Assembly: GCA_964570285.1 (NCBI GenBank)
Contig: CAZMXP010000028.1
Coordinates: forward strand, 74-64,073
DNA from: an uncultured Planctomycetaceae bacterium
GTDB taxonomy: Bacteria; Planctomycetota; PLA2
Direction: 5' to 3'
Length of the DNA: 64,000 bases
Shown here in pieces: positions 39,520 to 48,318 of this stretch; the stretch's first letter is position 1; every line of letters starts with the position of its first letter. Made by a program: the position numbers and the translations under genes. A model generated the notes under the pieces. That model did no database searches. It saw only the letters and a program-made list of their open reading frames with translations, and was not told where the DNA came from.

Positions 39520-40734
39520 GTGCTGCCCGACCTCTGCCCGCCCCTGCGAAGCGACGTCGAGGTGCTCCTCGTCGAGGAGGGCGAGGAGGAGGCGCTGCTG
39601 CTCCAGGACCCGGAGCACTATGCGCCGGAGGTCGCGCGGCTCTCGCCGGCGGCCATCGCCCTGCTGCGCTACTTCGACGGCCGGCACACCTTCGAGCGGA
39701 TGCGCGAGCGGCTGCACGCGCAGGGCGCCGAGGACATCCGCGCCGAGGACCTGCGCGCCTTCGCCGACGCGCTCGACCGGCACTTCCTGCTCGACAGCGC
39801 CCGCTTCGCCGCCGAGCGCGGCCGCCGCGAGGCCTACCGCTCGTCCGGCGTGCGCCGCGCGGCCCACGCCGGAGGGGCCTATCCGGCCGAGGCCGAACGC
39901 GCGCGCGCGTTCCTCGAGGGGATGTTGGGGATGGCGCCGGAAGGGGAGAAGGGGCGGCTCCGGCGGCTCATCGCGCCGCACATCGACCTGCGCCTCGGCG
40001 CGGAGACCTACGCCTACGCGCACCGGCGCCTCGCGGCCGCGGGGCGGCCCGACCTCGTCGTCGTGCTCGGCGTCTGCCACGCGTACTGCGAGGAGGACTT
40101 CGTCGCCTGCCGCAAGGACTTCGCGACGCCGCTGGGCGTCGTCCGGCACGATGGCGCCTTCCTCGACGCGCTCGAGGCGCGGCTCGGCCGGTCGCTGACC
40201 CGGGGCGACCTCGTGCACAGGGACGAGCACAGCGTCGAGTTCCAGACGCTCTGGCTCGCGCACCTCTGGCCCGGGGATCCGCCGCCGATCGTGCCCTTCC
40301 TCGTGCGCGGCTTCCACGCGCACATCGAGCGCGGCACGACCCCGGCGGAGGACGAGGCGACCGAGGCGTTCCTCGGAGCGCTGCGCGCGACGATCGAGGC
40401 CGATCCGCGCGACATCCTCGTGCTCGCGAGCGTCGATCTCGCGCACATGGGCCCGATGTACGGCCACGAGGCGGGGCTCGACGCCGACGGCGAGCGGCAA
40501 CTCGCGCGCGACGACGAGAGCCTGCTTGCGCCCGTCGCGCGCGGGGACGCCGAGGGGTTCTTCCGCGCGGTGGCCGCGGGCTGCAACGGTCGCAACATCT
40601 GCGGCACGGGCCCGATCTATGTCGCGCTGCGCCTCGGCGAGGGCCCGGGACGGCTGCTGCGCTACGGCCAGGGGCGCATCCACCCCGAATCGGGCTCCGT
40701 CGTGTCGTTCGCGGCGCTCGCCTTCCCCGATTGA
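39520..40734 (+). CDS. MEMO1-family (AmmeMemoRadiSam system protein B-like) protein with a roughly 110-aa N-terminal extension
   Basis: RAAHAGGAYP, IAPHIDLRLGAETYAYAH, VVLGVCH and DEHSVEFQTLWL motifs. Confidence 0.7.
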   Translation: MLPDLCPPLRSDVEVLLVEEGEEEALLLQDPEHYAPEVARLSPAAIALLRYFDGRHTFERMRERLHAQGAEDIRAEDLRAFADALDRHFLLDSARFAAERGRREAYRSSGVRRAAHAGGAYPAEAERARAFLEGMLGMAPEGEKGRLRRLIAPHIDLRLGAETYAYAHRRLAAAGRPDLVVVLGVCHAYCEEDFVACRKDFATPLGVVRHDGAFLDALEARLGRSLTRGDLVHRDEHSVEFQTLWLAHLWPGDPPPIVPFLVRGFHAHIERGTTPAEDEATEAFLGALRATIEADPRDILVLASVDLAHMGPMYGHEAGLDADGERQLARDDESLLAPVARGDAEGFFRAVAAGCNGRNICGTGPIYVALRLGEGPGRLLRYGQGRIHPESGSVVSFAALAFPD

Positions 40735-40807
40735 ACGGCCGGGGCGCGCGAAGGTTCGAACACGAACCGCGCGCGGACCGCCGCGTTGCATGGAGCAGGA
40801 GGCTTCC

Positions 40808-42319
40808 ATGCGACAGACTTCGGAACACGGCTTCGACGAGAGCGTGCGCGCGCTCGTCCGCAACTCGCCTTGGTGGATGACATCGCTCGCGTTCCACCTG
40901 CTCGTGCTGATGATCCTGTGGGGCATCACGATGCCCGCGCGCGTCGACCACGGCACGAAGGTCTTCCACGCCGAGCAACCCGAGGACGTGATCGATCCCG
41001 AGGAGGTTCCGCCCCCCCCGCCCCCCGACATCGAATTGGAGAAGGAGATCGAACAGCCGCTGCTCGTCTACGAAGAGGACGAGACGATCGAGGATCCGAC
41101 CGACGATCCGGAGTTGAAGGCCGCGGGCGAGGAGGGCCTCGCCGAGGGGCCGTTCACCGGCCCGAGCGACAGCGGCGCGATCGGCATCGGCAACAGGGCC
41201 GGCGGCGGGCCCGGCGGACCGGGCGGCAGGAACCGCAGGCGGCCTCCGGGAGGGCGCCTGCCGACGGAGGACCACGTCGAACTCGGGCTGCGTTGGCTCG
41301 CCGAGCACCAGGACGTCACGACCGACGGCAAGTGGGACTGCGACGACTTCGGCAAGCACGACCCGCCGCACGACCGCTGCGACGGCCCCGGCGGCCCGCT
41401 CTACGACGTCGGCGTCACCGGCCTCTCGCTGCTCGCGTTCCTGGGCGCGGGCTACACCGACCGCGGCGACGGCGCGTTCGTCGCGAACGTGCGCGCGGGC
41501 CTGCGCTACCTGATGACGATGCAGGACGACGAGGGCTGCTTCGGAAGCCGGTCGAGCCAGCACTTCATGTACAACCACGCGATCGCGACGCTGGCGATGA
41601 CCGAGGCCTACTGGATGACGCGCAACCCGCGCTACAGGAAGCCCGCGCAGGACGGTCTCGATTTCATCTCGCGCGCGCGCAACCCCTATCTCGCGTGGCG
41701 CTACGAGCCGCGCGGGGGCGAGAACGACACCTCCGTGACCGGGTGGATGGTGATGGCGCTCAAGTCGGGCATGTTCGCGGGCCTCGCGATCGACCCCGAC
41801 GCGTTCGACGGCGCGCGCCAGTGGATCGACAAGATGACCGACCCCGAGTTCGGGCAGGTGGGCTACAACATGCCCGGCGGCAGCGTCGCGCGGCCCGAGG
41901 GGTTGCAGGACCGCTTCCCGCCGGAGAAGTCGCAGGCGATGACCGCCGCCGGCATCCTGACGCGCATCTTCCTCGGCGAGGATCCGCGCACGAGCGAGAT
42001 GATCCGCAAGGGGGCCAACCTCTGCCTCGAGCGGCTGCCGACGTGGAATCCGGACGACGGCTCGATCGACATCTACTACTGGTACTACGCCACGCTCGCG
42101 CTCTTCCAGGTGGGCGGCCCGACGTGGAAGAAGTGGAACGAATCGATGGTGCCGGCCATCGTCAAGAGCCAGCACCCGCGCGGGCAGGGGTCGCGGGCAG
42201 GCTCCTGGGACCCGATCGACCCGTGGGGAGGCGACGGCGGGCGCGTCTATGCGACGGCGTGCATGGTGATGTGCCTCGAGGTCTACTACCGCTACGACCG
42301 CGTGGTCGGGATCCGGTGA
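40808..42319 (+). CDS. Membrane-anchored prenyltransferase/squalene-oxidase-repeat (terpenoid cyclase-like alpha/alpha-toroid) protein
   Basis: N-terminal TM (WWMTSLAFHLLVLMILWGI), a Pro/acidic linker, and repeated aromatic motifs (QDDEGCFGS, GGENDTSVTGWMVMAL, WYYATLALFQ). RBS AGGAGG. Confidence 0.65.
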   Translation: MRQTSEHGFDESVRALVRNSPWWMTSLAFHLLVLMILWGITMPARVDHGTKVFHAEQPEDVIDPEEVPPPPPPDIELEKEIEQPLLVYEEDETIEDPTDDPELKAAGEEGLAEGPFTGPSDSGAIGIGNRAGGGPGGPGGRNRRRPPGGRLPTEDHVELGLRWLAEHQDVTTDGKWDCDDFGKHDPPHDRCDGPGGPLYDVGVTGLSLLAFLGAGYTDRGDGAFVANVRAGLRYLMTMQDDEGCFGSRSSQHFMYNHAIATLAMTEAYWMTRNPRYRKPAQDGLDFISRARNPYLAWRYEPRGGENDTSVTGWMVMALKSGMFAGLAIDPDAFDGARQWIDKMTDPEFGQVGYNMPGGSVARPEGLQDRFPPEKSQAMTAAGILTRIFLGEDPRTSEMIRKGANLCLERLPTWNPDDGSIDIYYWYYATLALFQVGGPTWKKWNESMVPAIVKSQHPRGQGSRAGSWDPIDPWGGDGGRVYATACMVMCLEVYYRYDRVVGIR

Positions 42320-42383
42320 GGGGGCCGCCTGTCGCGATTCCTGAACAGAGTGGCGTGGTACGCCCTGTGCTCTCCTCTACGGC

Positions 42384-42674
42384 GTGAACCAGGACACCAC
42401 GAGGGACGCCGACAAGATGCTCGCCCGGCTGGAAATGCGCTACGGGGGCGACCAGAAGCTGCGCGGTCGCCTCCGGCCGATCATCGTCCGGATTCTCGAA
42501 TCGGGGCCCCCCTCCCCGAAGCGGACCGGCATGCTTCGCCTCGTCGTCAACGCCTACGCGCACCACATCAAGGTGCGCGAGGTGCTCGACGACCTCCGCG
42601 GCCGCCTCCGGCTGCGCATGAACGAGGTCTACGGTGAGATGCTCGGCATCGAGCCGCCCGGGCTCGCCGCGTAG
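42384..42674 (+). CDS. Small hypothetical protein
   Basis: Coding-like GC3 and position directly after the previous gene. No family recognised. Confidence 0.35.
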   Translation: MNQDTTRDADKMLARLEMRYGGDQKLRGRLRPIIVRILESGPPSPKRTGMLRLVVNAYAHHIKVREVLDDLRGRLRLRMNEVYGEMLGIEPPGLAA

Positions 42675-42679
42675 CCGGG

Positions 42680-43318
42680 CTACTCGAGCCCGAGCCGCTC
42701 CATGTCCTCCTCGTCGAAGCCGAGGTGGTGAGCGAGCTCGTGCTCGAGGGTGATCCGCAGCTCCTCGATCGCCTCCTCCCGGTCCGCGGCGACGCGCTCG
42801 ATGTTCTTCCTGAAGACCTCGATGCGCGCCGGCATGCGGACCGCCTCATCGACGCTGCGGTGGAGGTGGTCGCTGCCGGTGTAGAGGCCGAGCGCCAGGG
42901 GATCGACATCGGGATGGGCCGCGGGAAGGGGGGCGACCGAGATCACCGCATCGGATGCGGCCTCCGCGATCTCCGCGGGCAACGCCGCGAGCGCCTCCTC
43001 GACGACGGCGTCGATCTCGCCATCCGTGAGGCGGACGGGCTCGGGATACCGCTCGGGGCAGAGGCGCACCGCGCGGCGGAAGTGGCGCCCCGGGTCCCTC
43101 TCGCGGAACTCGGCGAGCAGCCCCAGGTACCACTCGCGGTCGGCCTCGTCGTCGTCGTTGTCGGGTTCGAAGCGCGCGAGCGCCCGCTCCGCCTCGTCGA
43201 AGCGCCACAGGTGGAAGAGCGCCATCCCCTCGAGCAGGTCGTGCCCCTCCTCCCGGGCGGCCTCGACCAACTCCTCGTAGGCACCCTCGTCCCAGAGATC
43301 GTCGAGCGTTTCACTCAT
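42680..43318 (-). CDS. Zincin-like metallopeptidase-family protein (HExxH)
   Basis: HELAHHLG motif near the C-terminus; acidic protein; directly downstream of lpxA. Confidence 0.55.
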   Translation of the reverse strand: MSETLDDLWDEGAYEELVEAAREEGHDLLEGMALFHLWRFDEAERALARFEPDNDDDEADREWYLGLLAEFRERDPGRHFRRAVRLCPERYPEPVRLTDGEIDAVVEEALAALPAEIAEAASDAVISVAPLPAAHPDVDPLALGLYTGSDHLHRSVDEAVRMPARIEVFRKNIERVAADREEAIEELRITLEHELAHHLGFDEEDMERLGLE

Positions 43319-44105
43319 CGCCGGACTCGACCGACCCGCCGAGCCCGATGACCGGCCGGGTCGCCTCTTGGATGAACTGCACGAGTCGCCGCACCTCGGG
43401 CGCGGGCGAGGTCACGGCGGCGAGCCTCGCCGCGAGCGGTCCCTCCCCGCGGAAGATCGTCTTGTAGGCCGCCTTGAGCGCAAGCCGCGTCTCGCTGCCG
43501 ACGCCGGCGCGCCTGAGCCCGATCGCGTTGATCCCCTCGATGCGGTTGGGCCTCTCGCCGACCACGATCGCGAACGGAGGCACGTCGCGATCCACCGACG
43601 TGAGCCCCCCCACCATCGCGAGCTCCCCCACGCGGCGGAACTGCCCCACCATGCTCCCGCCGCCGAGGTTGACCCGGTCCTGCACGAGCACATGTCCCGC
43701 GAGCGCGACATTCGTGCAGAAGATCACGTGCGAGCCGACGACGCAGTCGTGCGCGACATGGCTGTTCGTCATCATGTAGTTGTCGTCGCCGAGCACCGTC
43801 TCGGCACCCGGCGACATCGACCGGTGCACCTGCGCGTACTCCCGGAAGACGTTCCGCGCCCCGATGCGCAAACCCCCGAACGGCCCCGCCTTCCCCTTCA
43901 CTTGCGGGTCGTGCCCGAGCGAGCAGGCGAACGAGACGACATTCTCCTCCCCCATCAGGAGCGGCCCGCGCAGGCAGGCGTGCGGCCCGATCTTTGTCCG
44001 CGCGCCTATGCGGACGCCCGCGCCGATGATCGCGTAGGGCCCCACCTCGACCCCCGCGGCGAGTTCGACATCCGCTTCGATGATGGCCGTGGCGTGGACG
44101 CTCAA
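43311..44105 (-). CDS. lpxA: UDP-N-acetylglucosamine O-acyltransferase LpxA (probable TTG start)
   Basis: Left-handed beta-helix hexapeptide repeats and the LpxA C-terminal helical domain. It is stand-alone, with no adjacent lpxD/fabZ/lpxB. Confidence 0.8.
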   Translation of the reverse strand: MSVHATAIIEADVELAAGVEVGPYAIIGAGVRIGARTKIGPHACLRGPLLMGEENVVSFACSLGHDPQVKGKAGPFGGLRIGARNVFREYAQVHRSMSPGAETVLGDDNYMMTNSHVAHDCVVGSHVIFCTNVALAGHVLVQDRVNLGGGSMVGQFRRVGELAMVGGLTSVDRDVPPFAIVVGERPNRIEGINAIGLRRAGVGSETRLALKAAYKTIFRGEGPLAARLAAVTSPAPEVRRLVQFIQEATRPVIGLGGSVESGDE

Positions 44106-44242
44106 GCGCCGCGGATTGTACGGGGCCAAGTAATTTTGCTGCAGTACAGGAGCACGGAGCAACGTGTGGGGGCGCCGGACGGGGACCCGCAGCTCAGCTC
44201 AATCCAGACGGACGGTGCGGAATCGGGATTTCGCACCGTACC

Positions 44243-44608
44243 TCAGTCCAGCTGACCCAACGTGCCAAATGCTCGAAGCGTCAACCAGACGACCGTTCCG
44301 ACAGAAGAGGTGACCGCCCCGAAGACGGTGCGTCGCCACAAGTGTGTGCTCATGATGGCGAATCCGACCAACGTGATGAGGCAGAATCCTGCGAGACTAT
44401 ACAATTCGCCAAACAGCCTGCTACAAGTTTCGGGCTCGGTAAGCACGACGAGTGGGCCCAAGTGTGAAATGAGCGTGCATTCCGCCGCGAACGTGAGCCC
44501 CGGAATAGTGTGCAGCCCGCCTGAGCCCCCATAGAAGAACGCAAACATCGCGAGGGCGTAGAGAAGGTACACAGTGATCCAGATTCTCCAGCCGTGGTGC
44601 GGTGCCAT
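44243..44608 (-). CDS. Small hypothetical membrane protein (about 121 aa, 3-4 TM) in a locally lower-GC segment
   Basis: Hydrophobic segments ITVYLLYALAMFAFFY and FCLITLVGFAIM. The segment 44243..44640 is visibly less GC-rich than its surroundings. Confidence 0.4.
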   Translation of the reverse strand: MAPHHGWRIWITVYLLYALAMFAFFYGGSGGLHTIPGLTFAAECTLISHLGPLVVLTEPETCSRLFGELYSLAGFCLITLVGFAIMSTHLWRRTVFGAVTSSVGTVVWLTLRAFGTLGQLD

Positions 44609-44727
44609 GTGACATTGCTGCGCTCCCACAGCAAAGGATAGCAACGCGAGGCGTGGATGTCCTCCGCCTCGCAATCCACCCTAACAGCTCGAAGACGCTT
44701 GCCAGCGCCGTGCGTCCCCCGGATCGC

Positions 44728-44768
44728 GCACGCACCTTCGTGCCTTCGCGCCTTCGTGGTCATCGCTC
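44728..44768. repeat. Satellite motif B copy (ccttcgtgccttcgcgccttcgtggtcatcgct)
   Basis: Matches 7416..7452. Lies about 100 nt upstream of the HEAT-AAA+ gene start. Confidence 0.6.
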
Positions 44769-44860
44769 ATGCCGCTCCGACGAGGACGTTCACCCCGTCC
44801 CCGCTATCCCGTCCCCGACACGGCCAGCAACGGCATTGGCACCCCCCGCGCAGCCCCGGA

Positions 44861-47800
44861 ATGCGTTACGCTCATGCCGTGGACGAGGACCTGAAACGGC
44901 GCATCGCGGCGCTCGTCGCCGAAGAGGAGGGGTCGTTCGACCGCCTCGTCGAGGCGCTGCGGCGGGCGACGCTGGACGCGGTGGCGGCGTGCGCGGCGCA
45001 CGACGATACCGACGTGCGCCACGCGACGGCGGAGGCGCTCGCGCTGGACGCGCGCGCCGACGCCGTCGCGATCGCGGCGAAGCTCGCGACGGACTCCTCC
45101 GGCCGGGTCCGCCTCGCGATCGCAGCCGGCCTGCGCCGCGCCCCGTCTTGGGCCCTCCCCCACGCCGCCCGCTCCTCCCTCCTCAAGGACGACGACAGCG
45201 ACATCCGCTCCGCCGCGGCGGCGGGTTGCTCCGGCCTCGCCGCGTTCACCGCGTCTCTGGTCGAACTCGTCGCCGACGATTTCGCCTGGGACGTCCGCCT
45301 GGCCGCGGGCGAGGCGCTCGAGGAGGCGCCCAACGGCAAGATCGCGCTCGCGACGCTCGTGACGGCGCTCGGCACCGACAGCGACCGCGACGTCTCGCGC
45401 GCCTGCGCGCGGTCGGCCGAGGCGATCCTTGAGCGCTGCCGCGGCTGGCCCGCCGACGCCCCCCTCCCGCGGCCCTCCCCCATCGGCGCTGCGCGAGAGC
45501 GCCTCGACGAACTCGACCCCGCCCGCCACCCGCGGCTCGCCGCGTGGCTCAAGGAACGCACGATGCACGACATCGACCGCGAGAAGCTCGCCTCGTTCGG
45601 CACCGACCTGACGACGGAGGCCGAGGCGGGCCGGTTGCCGCGCGCGTTCGGCGTCGAGGCGCCGGTCGCGGCGGTGCTGCGCTGCGTGCGCGGCGCGGGC
45701 TCGCGCTCGGCGGTGCTGCTCGGGCCCGCGGGCGTCGGCAAGAGCGCGATCATCCACGAGGTCGTGCACGCGCTGCGCGCCGACGGCTGGCGCGTGGTGC
45801 GCCTCACGCCCGGCGATTTCCTCGCGGGCACCGTCTACCTCGGCGAGTGGGAGACCAAGCTCAAGAACCTCGTCCAGGCGATCCGCGCGCCCAAGCGCGT
45901 GCTGCTCGTCGTGCCCGACATCGCCGACCTCGCGACGGCAGGCTCGACCTCGAAGAGCGACCGCAACGTCGCGTCGATGCTCGCGCCGCACATCGAGCGC
46001 GGCGAGATCGCGCTGCTCGGCGAGACCACGCCGGAGGCGTTCCGCGGCGCGCATGCCCTGCAGCGCCTCTTCACGACGATCGAGGTGGCGCCGGCGACGC
46101 ACGCGGAGACGCGCGCGCTGCTGACGCAGGTCGCCGGGGATGCGCGCGCGAAGGTCGAGAGCGAGACGCTCGACCGGCTGATGGACCTCACCGATTTCTA
46201 CATGCCGGGGGTCGCCCTGCCGGGGCGCGCCGTCGGCCTGCTGCGCCGCGTGCTCGAGGGCCACGGCGGCGGCGCGCTGACGCCGCGCGACATCCTCGCG
46301 ACGATCACCGAATCGACCGGCGTGCCCGCCGAGTTCCTCGACGACGAGGTCCCGCTCGACCTCGCGCGCACGCGCGAGTTCTTCGAGGCGCGCGTGATGG
46401 GCCAGCCCGACGCGATCACGGCCGTGCTCGACCTCGTCACGCTGATCAAGGCCGGCCTCACCGACCCCGAGCGCCCCTGCGGCGTGCTGCTCTTCGTCGG
46501 CCCGACCGGCGTCGGCAAGACCGAACTCGCGCGCGCGCTCGCCGAGCTGCTCTTCGGCGACCCGGCGCGGCTGCACCGCTTCGACATGAGCGAGTACGCG
46601 AACTACGCCGCGTACGAGCGTCTCAACGGCAGCGAGGGGCGCCCGGGCACGCTGACGCGCGCCGTGCAGCAGCAGCCCTTCTCGGTGATCCTGCTCGACG
46701 AGATCGAGAAGGCGCACGGCAACGTCTTCGATCTGTGCTTGCAAGTGTTCGACGCGGGCCGCCTCACCGACGGCCAGGGGCGCACCGCCGACTTCCGCCG
46801 CAGCATCGTCATATTGACAAGCAACATCGGCAGCGCGGTGCGCACCGAGGCGGGCGTCGGCTTCCTCGGCGCGCCCCCGCCGCCGCCGGACCGCGAGACG
46901 ATCCTGCGCGAACTCGCGCGCAGCTTCCGCCCCGAGTTCCTGAACCGCATCGACAAAATCCTCACCTTCCGCCCGCTCGCCCTCGAGACCGCCGAGAAGA
47001 TCGCGCGCCGCGAACTCGCGAAGGTGATCGAGCGCGGCGGCCTCGCGCGCCGCCGCATCGAGGTCGATCTCGACCCGAAGCTGCTTTCCTTGCTGCTTCG
47101 CCACGGTTACAGCCCGGCGTTCGGCGCGCGCCCGCTCAAGCGCACCGTCGAGAGCCTCGTGCTGCTGCCGCTCGCGCGCGTGCTCGCCTCGGGCGACGCG
47201 AAGCCCGGTTCGGTGCTGCGGCTCGGCGTCAGGGGAGACGGCGTCGCCGTCGAGATCGTCTCCCCGGAGGAAGAGGGGGAGGGGCCCGGGGAGGGGGAGA
47301 GCGCCGATCTCGCCAGCGTGCGCGCGCGCGTCGCCGCGCTGCACGGCAAGGCGGCGATCGCCGAGGCGCGCAAGAGCCATCTGCTCGCCCGCGCGAACGC
47401 GCCGGGCTTCTGGGACGACCGGACCGCGGCGACGCGGGACCTCGACGAGGTCCACCGCCTGGATGCCCTGCTCGAGGCGTTGCGCGACCTCGAGGACGGT
47501 GTCGCGCTGACCGCGGGCAACCCCGATGCGAAGCGCGCCGCCGAGTTCCTCGCCCGCCACGACGCCGAGGCGCGCCGCCTCGACTTCCTGTTCTCGTGCG
47601 GCGACCTCGACGACGCGATCGTCACCGTCACGCTGGTGAAGGCGCAGGGCAGGTCGATCGACGGCGTCGCGCAACTCGCGGCGATGTACAAGGGGCTCGC
47701 CGAGCGGCGCGGCCTCGACTGCACCGTGCTCGACGACCGGCGCGGTAACGAGGACACGATCACGCTCTCGATCGAGGGCGCCGGCGCCCACGCGCTGCTG

Positions 47801-48268
47801 CGCACCGAGGCGGGGCTGCACCAGATCTCCCGCCCGCTAGGCACGGACCGCAAGATGACCGACCGCTCGACCCTTCGCGTCGAGGTGCTGCGCGCGCCGC
47901 ACGACGAGGGCCCCTTCCCGAAGACGGAGGTCCGCGTCGAGAGCAAGCCGCTGCGCGACGCGAAGGGACGCATGCTCTTGCGCCCGCGCACCGAACTCTC
48001 GCTGCTGCACCTGCCGACGCTGATCTCCGTACACGCGTGGAGCGAGGCCCCCGCCGACGAAGCCGTCCGCCTGCTGCACCCGCTGCTGCGCGCCCGCGTG
48101 CTCGCCCGCGCCGACCTCCCCCCCGCGCCCCCCCACATCATCCGCCGCTACCGCTTGGGCCCCTCCCCGGTCGTCCGCGACCGCAGAACCGGCCTCTCCA
48201 CCGGTCGCGCGGACCAGGTGCTCAAGGGCGAGATCGACCTGTTTCTAGGCCCGAGCCAGGCTCGTTAG
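44861..48268 (+). CDS. Fusion protein: N-terminal HEAT repeats, a ClpA/ClpB-like double AAA+ ATPase with no M-domain, and a C-terminal release-factor-2-like domain lacking GGQ and SPF
   Basis: D1 Walker A LLGPAGVGKSA, but Walker B reads LLVVPDIA in place of hhhhDE. D2 Walker A LFVGPTGVGKTELARALA, Walker B SVILLDEIEKAH, and sensor GARPLKR, nearly ClpB-identical. C-terminus: ANAPGFWDD...LLRTEAGLHQISRP...RSTLRVEVL aligns with RF2 domains 2-4. RF2 SGAGGQH is replaced by RDAKGRM, and SPF by RPL. Confidence 0.8.
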   Translation: MRYAHAVDEDLKRRIAALVAEEEGSFDRLVEALRRATLDAVAACAAHDDTDVRHATAEALALDARADAVAIAAKLATDSSGRVRLAIAAGLRRAPSWALPHAARSSLLKDDDSDIRSAAAAGCSGLAAFTASLVELVADDFAWDVRLAAGEALEEAPNGKIALATLVTALGTDSDRDVSRACARSAEAILERCRGWPADAPLPRPSPIGAARERLDELDPARHPRLAAWLKERTMHDIDREKLASFGTDLTTEAEAGRLPRAFGVEAPVAAVLRCVRGAGSRSAVLLGPAGVGKSAIIHEVVHALRADGWRVVRLTPGDFLAGTVYLGEWETKLKNLVQAIRAPKRVLLVVPDIADLATAGSTSKSDRNVASMLAPHIERGEIALLGETTPEAFRGAHALQRLFTTIEVAPATHAETRALLTQVAGDARAKVESETLDRLMDLTDFYMPGVALPGRAVGLLRRVLEGHGGGALTPRDILATITESTGVPAEFLDDEVPLDLARTREFFEARVMGQPDAITAVLDLVTLIKAGLTDPERPCGVLLFVGPTGVGKTELARALAELLFGDPARLHRFDMSEYANYAAYERLNGSEGRPGTLTRAVQQQPFSVILLDEIEKAHGNVFDLCLQVFDAGRLTDGQGRTADFRRSIVILTSNIGSAVRTEAGVGFLGAPPPPPDRETILRELARSFRPEFLNRIDKILTFRPLALETAEKIARRELAKVIERGGLARRRIEVDLDPKLLSLLLRHGYSPAFGARPLKRTVESLVLLPLARVLASGDAKPGSVLRLGVRGDGVAVEIVSPEEEGEGPGEGESADLASVRARVAALHGKAAIAEARKSHLLARANAPGFWDDRTAATRDLDEVHRLDALLEALRDLEDGVALTAGNPDAKRAAEFLARHDAEARRLDFLFSCGDLDDAIVTVTLVKAQGRSIDGVAQLAAMYKGLAERRGLDCTVLDDRRGNEDTITLSIEGAGAHALLRTEAGLHQISRPLGTDRKMTDRSTLRVEVLRAPHDEGPFPKTEVRVESKPLRDAKGRMLLRPRTELSLLHLPTLISVHAWSEAPADEAVRLLHPLLRARVLARADLPPAPPHIIRRYRLGPSPVVRDRRTGLSTGRADQVLKGEIDLFLGPSQAR

Positions 48269-48318
48269 TACCGCTCTGATTCCTGCTCCCACTCCAAATT
48301 GTTCGAGTATATATTGGA

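Noticed and set aside
47250-48268. Calling the C-terminal domain of the AAA+ fusion a functional peptide chain release factor (prfB-like)
   Set aside because: GGQ is absent (RDAKGRM in its place) and the SPF anticodon tripeptide is RPL. Canonical stop-codon-dependent release is therefore not expected. It is annotated as an RF-like domain only.
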